DNA of 30,730 nucleotides. Origin: Eledone cirrhosa (Eukaryota). The DNA is taken from the NCBI GenBank assembly GCA_964016885.1, contig CAXHJY010001344.1, forward strand, positions 1 through 30,730, in the 5' to 3' direction. Position numbers and translations under genes: made by a program. Shown here one piece after another: positions 20,423-30,730 of the stretch (position 1 is its first letter; every line of letters begins with the position of its first letter). The notes beneath the pieces are model-generated. The model was not told where the DNA came from and did not search any database. It worked only from the letters and a program-made list of their open reading frames with translations.

Positions 20423-22537
20423 ATGCAGAAACAACATCTGAATATTTCTACAAAGAACATACCCGTACCAAGCAGGAAAACATACCTGATACAGAAAACA
20501 GCCGCGTTCATTAAAAGGTTGCGTTGGCGTGCCTTTTATTTCGATAATCCGCGAAAAGCAGACAACAAACGGGATAAATTTGGATTTAAAACTTATAATA
20601 ACCCTCCGTGGAACCCAGCATTGCTACACTTCGAAAATGATGTCTTGGAACTCATTCGGAATATCAAATTTCGGAATAGGAGCAATTCCTTCCAGCAAGA
20701 CCTGAAGAATAGAATACATTCTATTAAGGATTCTAACGCCGTGCACGTCCATTCCGACAAAACTGGCAACCTATATCAAGTGGAGCGCAGTACTTACCAT
20801 CAACTACTACATAATGCTGTAACTAAGGATTACCGTTAAACTAATCGGTGCGTCATCAATGAAATCAACGATGCTGGGTTTAAAATCACATCTGATCTCA
20901 ACATCCTGGACCGGACCGAACCTCTGGACCCTATCTCTCCCCAGTTTACCCTGAAGGATCACAAATCCAATTTTCCGAACAACCCCTCTATTCGGCTTAT
21001 TAACCCTACGAAGTCCGATTTAGGTAGACTTAGTAAACGATTCTTGATAGAATTATACCTGAAATTAGAAGTTTGGCCCCTCTCGCACTGTGGAACAATT
21101 CTTTCGCGGTGATTGATTGGTTCAACGGCATATGTAACAAGGAACATTGCCGTTTTATCCAATTCGACATCAACAATTTCTACTCCTCCATCACTTTACC
21201 ACTTCTCCTTAGAGCTATCAATTTCGCTAAAACACTCACAGTGGTTAAGGATTTTGAAGTTGATGTCATCCTTAATGCCCGAAAGTCGGTGATTAATTTC
21301 GACGACTCTATTTGGATTAAAAAATCCAATAGAACCCCATTCGACGTGAGTATGGGCGCCAGTGACTCTGCGGAGGTTACTGATCTTATTGGCCTTTTCC
21401 TTCTTTTCTCTATCAAGGACGAATTCCCCAACGCGGGCGGTGGTTTGTACCGTGACAATAGTCTTTTGACCATGACTAAGTGCGGACCTCGTGCTTGCGA
21501 CAGGTTCAGAAAAGAACTCACAGCCTTCTTTAAAGGCTTCAACCTCTCTATACAGGTTGAGGCCAATCTCTCGGTCGTTAATTACCTTGACGTTACCCTC
21601 AATTTATTGAATGGGTTGTATTACCCGTATAGAAAGCCGAATGATACGCTTAATTACATAAGTAAGCATTCCAACCATCCTGCCAGCATAACCAAGAACC
21701 TGGTAGAAATGTTTCGTTGAGGCTTTCCCATCTTTCCACCAACGAGCGCATTTTCAACGACCATTCCACTTATTACAATGAAGCTCTTGCTCGAAGTGGA
21801 TTTGTCGATAAGGTAGCATATACAGAGTATGAAAATAGACCTAAAAGAAATAGATCCCGTCGCATTTGTTGGTTTAACCCACCATATAATATGGAGGTGG
21901 CCACACCATTAGCTAAGATCTTTCTTTCCCTTATTACGAAGCATTTTCCCCCTACACATAAATATAGTAAAATTTTTAATAGAAATACTATTAAAATTTC
22001 TTACTCTACGACTCCTAACCTTGCACATAACATCACAGCTTCAAATTTAGCTAAACTACCTAGCCGTAGGAACACGTGCAACCCTGCAGTTAGTACTAAC
22101 TGTAATTGTAGGAATCGGGCTGATTGTCCCCTATCCGGGAAATGCCTCTCTAGTAACATTGTCTCCAAATGTAAGGTTGTAACACCCACGTCCCGTAGGG
22201 CCTACATAGGGTTAACCGCCAATAGTTTCAAGCAGCGTCTTTATATGCATACCCATTCTTTTCGTTACCCTCTAAGAAGGAATATGACGTCACTTTCAGC
22301 TTATATCTGGAGTCTAAAAGACAACCACACCCATAATTACACTGGGAGATCCTAGCTGGGGCTCGATCGTATAACGGAAATAAAAGACCATGTGACCTCT
22401 TCGCCGATGAGGCCCTGGAAATACTCTATGCCACAGACCACATCTTAAGCAAAAACTCTGAGGAAATTTTGGCTTGTAAACATAAATTGCACAAAACTTT
22501 CCTGTATTACAGCCCCACGTTATACCCTAACGGATAG
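20423..22537 (+). pseudogene. Disrupted PLE-2 ORF: RT + Cys-rich linker + GIY-YIG endonuclease
   Basis: KNIPVPS..FIKRLRWRA, SDKTGN, LKDHK, IRLINP, QFDINNFYSSI, VSMGA, YRDN (catalytic YRDD mutated), YLDV, WFNPPY, CNCRNRADCPLSGKC, AYIGLT, CDL. Stop at 20837 and frameshifts near 21075, 21710 and 22335. Confidence 0.88.
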
Positions 22538-23448
22538 CACGATCTATACGTGGATATTTTACGTCTTGATGTGGGAGCTAAGTATATGTTTGTTTATTCC
22601 TTTACTTATTTGCATAGGTAAGTATATATTACCCGTATGTTTTGTGAAGGTATGTATACCTTCTCGTACGTATATTTGACTGTTATGGCGTATAATTTTT
22701 ACATATTCTGGTATTTAGGGTTTGGCTATGTGTATACGGGAGTTTTGCGTCTGCGTGAGTATGCAGGTTCGTACGTATGGTGGGTGTGTGTATATGTGTA
22801 CTTCTTGTTTTAGTTGACTTACGTCTCCGAACATTCGTGTATTTATATGTAGGTATGTGTGTGCGCTTGTTATATACGTATTTATTTACTTATATACGTT
22901 TATATAATTATTTATTTATTTGTACACAAGCATACACACACACACATATTTATATGTGCGTGGTTTTGTATACCTATGGTAAGGTTTTGCGTATGCTTGT
23001 GTATGTACGTATCTGTTTGCGTGTATGTATTTATTTGTTTCTATTACTTCTGTATTGTATTTATTTCCTTTGTTCTTAACTCTGTAGCGGAGATTCATTT
23101 GGTCTCCAAGTTAGAATTTTAGTCTACGACTTCTGCTATACCATTTACGTGGTTTTGTCTTTGCGTGCTATTGTTCTCCACGCTTCACATATGACTTATT
23201 ATCTTCGTTTTTTTGTTCATTGCCAGAGAACGTCTCTATGCACCACCTAAGAGAACATTAGTCTACGACCTCTTTTATACCATAAACGTGGTTCTGTCTT
23301 TGCGCGTAATTGTTTTTCACCGCTCCTATTAATGACGTATTATTCGTTTTTTCCCGTTCTTTGCCAGCGAACGTTTCCACGAACCAAAGTATCGTCTTCC
23401 TGTCTTCCTTCGGTTGCAACGTTTTTTGAAATATCCAGTTCTGCGTTT

Positions 23449-23524
23449 ACAGATTGACTTTGTTAGTTTCAGAAGATCCCGTTAAGGGTGAAAGCAGCGA
23501 TTCTTTGCTTAAACTTTAATCTGT
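23449..23524 (+). ncRNA. Hammerhead-like ribozyme with variant core (CAGAAGA), second PLE-2 repeat
   Basis: Identical to 20203-20278. Confidence 0.65.
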
Positions 23525-23640
23525 TATTTTAATAAATATTTGCTCTTCGGTTCTTATATATTTGATATATATTTTCCTTATCGAGCCCTCTTTGGATTTT
23601 AGTCTTCAATTTTATTATTATTACTATAATATATATATAT

Positions 23641-23671
<31 letters not shown>

Positions 23672-23735
23672 ATATATATATATATATAAAATATATATAT
23701 GACATATATATAAAATATATATATATATGATATAT

Positions 23736-23998
23736 ATCTATCTATCTATCTAAGGCGGGTAAAATTCCCGAGATCCATGGACGAGTTCTCTCCAGCGGTC
23801 TCTGTCCCTCATTATCGCTGCCATATACTGCATCTCCAACAGACCAGTGTCTGCCCTTAGGGCATCAACATATGTTAACCTTGGTCTTCCTCTTCTAGTG
23901 TGTCCATGTCGGGGCTCCCAAAGGAGCACTGAGTGCAATGTCAACTCTGGATTTCTGTGAGCATGTCCAGCCAACCTCAGTCTCCTCTGTGTCACTTT
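23736..23998 (-). mobile_element. 3' end of a third RTE-like LINE family with (TAGA)n tail
   Basis: QRRLRLAGH, LLWEPRHG..RRGRPRLTYVD, MRDRDRWRELV are typical RTE C-terminal motifs; the TAG stop is the first unit of a (TAGA)n tail. Confidence 0.8.
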
Positions 23999-24058
23999 AT
24001 ATTATATATATATTATATATATGATATATATATAATATATATATATGACATATATATA

Positions 24059-24104
<46 letters not shown>

Positions 24105-24121
24105 ATATATATATAATATAT

Positions 24122-24174
<53 letters not shown>

Positions 24175-24208
24175 TAATATATATATATAATATATATATA
24201 TATAATAT

Positions 24209-24285
<77 letters not shown>

Positions 24286-24302
24286 TAATATATATATATA
24301 AT

Positions 24303-24345
<43 letters not shown>

Positions 24346-24426
24346 ATATATATATATATAATATATATATATATAATATATATATATATAATATATATAT
24401 ATATAATATATATATATATATATAAT

Positions 24427-24460
<34 letters not shown>

Positions 24461-25264
24461 ATATATATATATATAATATATATATTATATATATTATATA
24501 TATATATATATTATATATATATATATTATATATATATATATTATATATATATATTATATATATTATATATATATATATATTATATATATATATATATTAT
24601 ATATATATATATTATATATATATATATTATATATATATATTATATATATATATTATATATATTATATATATATATATTATATATATATATATTATATATA
24701 TATATATTATATATATATATATTATATATATATATATTATATATATTATTTATATATATATATATTATATATATATATATTATATATATATATATTATAT
24801 ATTATATATATATATATTATATATATATATATTATATATATATATATTATATATTATATATATATATATTATATATATATATATTATATATTATATATAT
24901 TATATATTATATATATTATATATTATATATATTATATATTATATATATATATATTATATATTATATATATTATATATTATATATATTATATATTATATAT
25001 ATTATATATTATATATATATATTATATATATATATATTATATATACATATATTATATATATTATATATTATATATATTATATATTATATATATTATATAT
25101 ATATATATTATATATTATATATATTATATATTATATATATTATATATATATTATATATATATATTATATATATATATATTATATATATATATATTATATA
25201 TATATTATATATTTTATATATTATATATATATATATTATATATATTATATATATATATATATAT
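23999..25264. repeat. Degenerate (TA)n microsatellite array
   Basis: TA repeat; mostly AA interruptions to about 24480, TT interruptions after. Confidence 0.97.
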
Positions 25265-25302
25265 ATAATATAAGATCAAAAGATGGTTAAAGGAGTTCCA
25301 TG

Positions 25303-25373
25303 TATTTTATTATGCGCATTTCAAAAACAAACATCATCATGCAATAATATTTGTGTTTTCATCAGATAAAACA
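25303..25373 (-). ncRNA. Mirror copy of the type I hammerhead in the left palindrome arm
   Basis: Reverse complement of 25492-25562 (TCATCAG and TTTC visible on the plus strand). Confidence 0.8.
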
Positions 25374-25491
25374 GGAGAACATGATATGAAGGCTAAAAAA
25401 CACTTGTGGATAGTGCAGTTTTAAATCTACATATGTAGATTTAAAACTGCACTATCCACAAGTGTTTTTTAGCCTTCATATCATGTTCTCC

Positions 25492-25562
25492 TGTTTTATC
25501 TGATGAAAACACAAATATTATTGCATGATGATGTTTGTTTTTGAAATGCGCATAATAAAATA
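25492..25562 (+). ncRNA. Type I hammerhead ribozyme with minimal palindromic stem III
   Basis: TGTTTTAT-CTGATGA-(long stem II AAACACAAATATTATT/GATGATGTTTGTTTTT)-GAAA-TGCGCA-TA-ATAAAATA. The ATGCGCAT palindrome is of the kind seen in PLE minimal hammerheads. Confidence 0.85.
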
Positions 25563-25703
25563 CATGGAACTTCTTTAACCATCTTTTGATCTTATATTAT
25601 GCATACTCCAGTCCTACAAACTGTAGAGTGCTTCTTATCCGATATCTGCATTGCTTTATTGTACTACAATAAAACTCACCTCCTACATATATATATATAT
25701 ATA

Positions 25704-25901
25704 TACGTAGGTCCCGGGTTGAGTCGGGGATAACCACAGTAAGTAAGGTACTCAATACATGGCAGAGTAAAATTTTTTTATTTTATAGAAGGAGCTTCTA
25801 CAGGACTAGTACTGTTTCATTCAGATGAAAGCTTCCTGAAGATTTCATCTGAATGAAACAGTACTAGTCCTGTAGAAGCTCCTTCTATAAAATAAAAAAA
25901 T
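25704..25901. mobile_element. Short fold-back insertion with hammerhead, family H1 copy 2
   Basis: Same sequence as 6773-6975 but a different inversion junction: arms 25772-25830 / 25843-25901 with a 12-bp spacer. Confidence 0.75.
25831..25879 (+). ncRNA. Type I hammerhead ribozyme
   Basis: Identical to 6912-6960. Confidence 0.8.
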
Positions 25902-25904
25902 GAA

Positions 25905-26446
25905 AAAATATATATATATATATTATATATATATATTATATATATATATTATATATATATTATATATATATTATATATATATGTCATATATATATATTTC
26001 ATATATGTCATATATATATATTATATATATATTTTATATATATGTCATATATATATATATTTTATATATATATATTATATATATATCATATATATATTAT
26101 ATATATATATATTTTATATATATTATATATATATATATATTTTCTATATATTATATATATATTTTCTATATATTATATATATATTTTCTATATATTATAT
26201 ATATATATTATATATATATATATTTTCTATATATTATATATATATATTATATATATATATATATATATTATGTATATATATATTATATATATATATATAT
26301 ATTATATATTATATATTATATATATATTTTCTATATATTATATATATATATTATATATATATTATATATATATATATATATTATATATTATATATATATT
26401 ATATATATATTATATATTATATATTATATATATATTATATATATAT

Positions 26447-26489
<43 letters not shown>

Positions 26490-26529
26490 TATATATATAT
26501 TATATATATATTATTTATATATATATATT

Positions 26530-26606
<77 letters not shown>

Positions 26607-26607
26607 A

Positions 26608-26656
<49 letters not shown>

Positions 26657-26716
26657 ATTATATATATATATTATATATATATATTATATATATATATTAT
26701 ATATATATATATATAT

Positions 26717-26751
<35 letters not shown>

Positions 26752-26867
26752 ATATATATATATATATTATATATATATATATATTATATATATATTATAT
26801 ATATATATATATATGTTATATATATATATATTATATATATATATTATATATATATTATATATATATA

Positions 26868-26898
<31 letters not shown>

Positions 26899-26909
26899 CT
26901 ATTTATATA
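25905..26909. repeat. Degenerate (TA)n microsatellite array
   Basis: TA repeat with local TGTCATA and TTTTCTA variants. Confidence 0.97.
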
Positions 26910-27586
26910 TTACTCTTTTACTCTTTTACCTGTTTCAGCCATCCGGCTGAGGTCATGCTGGGGCACCGCCCTTGTTGCTACACATTTTATCTCCAGCCTG
27001 TATAGGTTGGCAACTGGTGTAGGCGGGAGTTTGTTGCTGCTGCCCTTAGGTTTCCCTCGTGTCTTGCTGTGGGCTCATCCGGGATCCTGGATAACAAGGT
27101 GTCGAGATGTTTCTTAAAGACATCCACCTCCACGTCATGCAAGTCTCGCAGATGTCTCGGCAGCCTGTTGAAGAGTTGAGGGCCCTTGAATCCCAGGCTA
27201 TTGCAATACCTGCTCCTTATTCTAGATGTGGAAGACGGGACCTTTGGCACCACACAGTGACGTCCTGTTCGACGGTTGGTCCAGCTCCCAATGCCAAAGT
27301 TTGGTGCTAGTCCCTCCAGGATTTTCCACATATAGATCACTGCGTATCTCTCCCGTCTTCGCTCCAAGGAGTAGAGGTTCAGTTCCTTCAGCCTCTCCCA
27401 GTAGCTTGTCTCCCTCATCTTGGCAATCCTCTTGGTGTAGCTTCGCTGGATTGCCTCAAGCTCCGTGGTTAGTTTGACACTATGGGGTAACCACAGCTGG
27501 GAGCAGTAGTCCAGGCGGCTTAGGACAAAAGTCCTCCACAGTGTCAACATGGTGTCTCGATCTCTTGTAAGGAAAGTCCTCAAGAC
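26910..27586 (-). mobile_element. CR1-group LINE, 5'-truncated 3' end
   Basis: SRLDYCSQLW.P, LEAIQR..TK, YWERLKELNLYSLERRRER, FNRLP, FKKHLD; short 3' UTR GGCGGTGCCCCAGCATG...GCTGAAAC and an 8-bp (GTAAAAGA)n tail. Confidence 0.85.
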
Positions 27587-27627
27587 TATATATATATATA
27601 TATATATATACTATTTATATATATATA

Positions 27628-27662
<35 letters not shown>

Positions 27663-27696
27663 CTATTTATATATATATATATATACTATATATATA

Positions 27697-28596
27697 TCTG
27701 GGAGGGCCCTGTAGAAACAGTAGACAGCTTCTGCTACCTAGGTGACCGAATTAGCAACGGAGGTGGGTGCTCAGAAAGTACAATAACGGGATGGAAGAAG
27801 TTTAGGGAACTACTACCACTGCTAGCTGCAAAAGGCTTCTCCCTCAGAATGAAAGGCAGACTGTATGATGCGTGTATCCGAACAGCGATGTTGCATGGTA
27901 GTGAGACCTGGGCGCTGAAGGTGGAAGACTTACGTAGATTAGAGAGAAACGAAGCCTGCATGCTCCGATGGATGTGTAACAGTAATATACGTGAACGACA
28001 AAGCATAAAGGAATTGAGAGAGAGACTGAGCATAAGAGGAATCAAATGCTGCGTGCAGGAGAGGCGGTTACGCTGGTATGGACATGTGATGCGTATGAAG
28101 GATGACAGCTGCATAAAAAGGTGCAGAGCACTAGAAGTTGATGGAAACCGCGGAGTGGGGAGACCCAAGATGACTTGGGATGAGGTGATAAAAGCCGACC
28201 TTACCCAACTAAACCTCTCAAAGTCAATGACACACGACCGTGACTTCTGGCGTCACGCAGTAATACAGGGTACCCGACCTCCCATGGGTACATGCTGAAG
28301 CATATAAACAATATGCCCCCCCCCTCCCCCCACCGCAAGGTGGTCGTGGAGGTGCCACGGCAAAAAAGCACCCAGCCCACACTGTAAAGTGGAATTGTAG
28401 GCGCCACGAAAAAGCACCCAGCACTCACTGTAAATGAGGTTGGTGTTAGGAAGGGCATCCAGCTGTAGAAATCAAGCCAGATCAGTTCCTGTATGAGCAA
28501 GGCATGGTCAGCCGACCAGACACTGCCCACAACAGGACAACCCGTCTAACCCATGCTAGCGTGGAAGAACGGACGTAAAACGGTGATGATGATGAT
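27697..28596 (+). mobile_element. RTE-B copy 2, 5'-truncated, intact 3' end
   Basis: Matches about 8990-9848 and continues to a (GAT)n tail; 12-bp deletion at an AAC microhomology. Confidence 0.93.
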
Positions 28597-28656
28597 ATAT
28601 ATTATATATATATACCATATATATATATATATTATATATATATTATATATATATAC

Positions 28657-28687
<31 letters not shown>

Positions 28688-28796
28688 ATATATATATATA
28701 TATTATATATATATACTATATATATATATATTATATATATATACTATATATATATTATATATATATTATATATATATATATATATATACTATATAC

Positions 28797-28830
<34 letters not shown>

Positions 28831-28980
28831 ACTATATATATATATTATATATATATACTATATATATATTATATATATATACTATATATATATTATATAT
28901 ATATATATATATATACTATATACTATATATATATATATACTATATATACTATATACTATATATATATATATACTATATAC

Positions 28981-29014
<34 letters not shown>

Positions 29015-29216
29015 ACTATATATATATATATTATATATATATACTATATATATATATATTATATATATATACTATATATATATTATATATATATTATATA
29101 TATATATATATATATACTATATACTATATATATATATATATATACTATACTATATATATATACTATATACTATATATATATATATTATATATATATATAT
29201 ATTATATATATATACT
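28597..29216. repeat. Degenerate (TA)n microsatellite array with TACTA variant
   Basis: TA repeat between two tail-to-tail RTE-B copies. Confidence 0.97.
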
Positions 29217-30730
29217 ATCATCATCATCATCATCATCATCACCGTTTTACGTCCGTTCTTCCACGCTAGCATGGGTTAGACGGGTTGTCCTGTTGTGGGC
29301 AGTGTCTGGTCGGCTGACCATGCCTTGCTCATACAGGAACTGATTTGGCTTGATTTCTACAGCTGGATGCCCTTCCTAACACCAACCTCATTTACAGTGA
29401 GTGCTGGGTGCTTTTTCGTGGCGCCTACACGTCCACTTTACAGTGTGGGCTGGGTGCTTTTTTGCCGTGGCACCTCCACGACCACCTTGCGGTGGGGGGA
29501 GTGGGGGCATATCGTTTATATGCTTCAGCATGTACCCATGGTAGGTCGGGTACCCTGTATTACTGCGTGACGCCAGAAGTCACGGTCGTGTGTCATTGTC
29601 TTTGAGAGGTGTAGTTGGGTAAGGTCGGCTTTTATCACCTCATCCCAAGTCATCTTGGGTCTCCCCACTCTGCGGTTTCCATCAACTTCTAGTGCTCTGC
29701 ACCTTTTTATGCAGCTGTCATCCTTCATACGCATCACATGTCTATACCAGCGTAACCGCCTCTCCTGCACGCAGCATTTGATTCCTCTTATGCTCAGTCT
29801 CTCTCTCAATTCCTTTATGCTTTGTCGTTCACGTATATTACTGTTACACATCCATCGGAGCATGCAGGCTTCGTTTCTCTCTAATCTACGTAAGTCTTCC
29901 ACCTTCAGCGCCCAGGTCTCACTACCATGCAACATCGCTGTTCGGATACACGCATCATACAGTCTGCCTTTCATTCTGAGGGAGAAGCCTTTTGCAGCTA
30001 GCAGTGGTAGTAGTTCCCTAAACTTCTTCCATCTCGTTCTTACCCTAGTTATTGTACTTTCTGAGCACCCACCTCCGTTGCTAATTCGGTCACCTAGGTA
30101 GCAGAAGCTGTCTACTGTTTCTACAGGGCCCTCCCAGAGATTGGTGGTACTTGTTTCCTGTGGCTGTTTGCTTGCTGTTTCAGCACAGCTGCTGCATGTG
30201 AATCCTACATTCTTAATTAAGCTTCCTGAGATCCCGCTACATCTCTTGTGTACCCATTGTTTGCATTTGGGGCAGAGAATGGAGTTCCTACCTACACCTT
30301 TCCTACATACTGAGCAAGGCCATTTCCCTGAGGGATCTGGGTTCTGTTTTCTCGTCTACTTACAAGGACCTTCGTCTTTGTCATTTTCTCGTCTACTTAC
30401 AAGGACCTTAGTCTTTGTCATGTTGACTTGGAGGCCCTTTCTCTCTAGTCCCTGCTTCCAGGTTTGGAATTTATTCTCTAGTTCTGCCATAGATTCAGCT
30501 ATGAGTGCGAGGTCATCAGCATACAGGAGTTCCCATGGGCATCCGGTCTTAAACTCCTCCGTTATTGCCTGCAGGACTATGATGAACAGGAGAGGGCTAA
30601 GAACAGAGCCCTGGTGGACCCCAACCTGTACGCTAAATTCCTCGCTATACTCATTGCCAATCCTAACTTTGCTGACTGCTCCCCTATACATGGCTTGTAC
30701 CGCTTTCACAAGCCATTCATCTACTCCTAG
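29217..30730 (-). mobile_element. RTE-B copy 3, runs off the window end
   Basis: Reverse complement of RTE-B from LGVDEW to the (GAT)n tail; a 37-bp tandem duplication at 30347-30420 frameshifts RT. Confidence 0.93.

Larger units (their letters stand above)
18635..23627 (+). mobile_element. Penelope-like retroelement PLE-2 (possibly Hydra clade), partial tandem: 3' repeat 18635-20381 + full unit 20382-23627
   Basis: 18635-20381 matches 21770-23627 (offset 3246 at the 3' end; the first copy has a ~110-bp deletion removing the YIG motif). Partial tandems are typical of PLEs; both ends lie in TA. Clade assignment is tentative. Confidence 0.88.
25265..25688. mobile_element. Spacerless 336-bp palindrome with hammerhead plus ~88-bp extension (probable truncated/inverted PLE terminus), family H2
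   Basis: Arms 25265-25432 / 25433-25600 (168 bp, one mismatch seen), centred on CTACAT|ATGTAG; unique tail 25601-25688; TA flanks. Confidence 0.75.

Overview
Eukaryotic repeat DNA with no host gene; the SINE families suggest a cephalopod, probably octopus (recognised from memory, no database search). Degenerate (TA)n arrays make up roughly a quarter of the window and separate about 20 retroelement pieces. These are: two RTE-clade LINE families (A and B, three copies each) whose reverse transcriptase (RT) carries an inserted C4HC3 PHD-type zinc finger; a third RTE-like 3' end; a CR1-like 3' end; two Penelope-like elements (PLEs; RT plus C-terminal GIY-YIG, one as a partial tandem); and two tRNA-derived SINE families, one sharing the RTE-B 3' UTR. 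There are also four short ORF-less fold-back insertions, three of which contain a type I hammerhead ribozyme. The most notable signals are the hammerhead fold-backs, a CAGAAGA variant hammerhead in both PLE repeats, the PHD finger inside RT, a covarying hairpin/pseudoknot module in the RTE 3' UTRs, and a twin-priming-like 5' inversion of an RTE. Coordinates were read by eye and may be off by a few bases at TA junctions.
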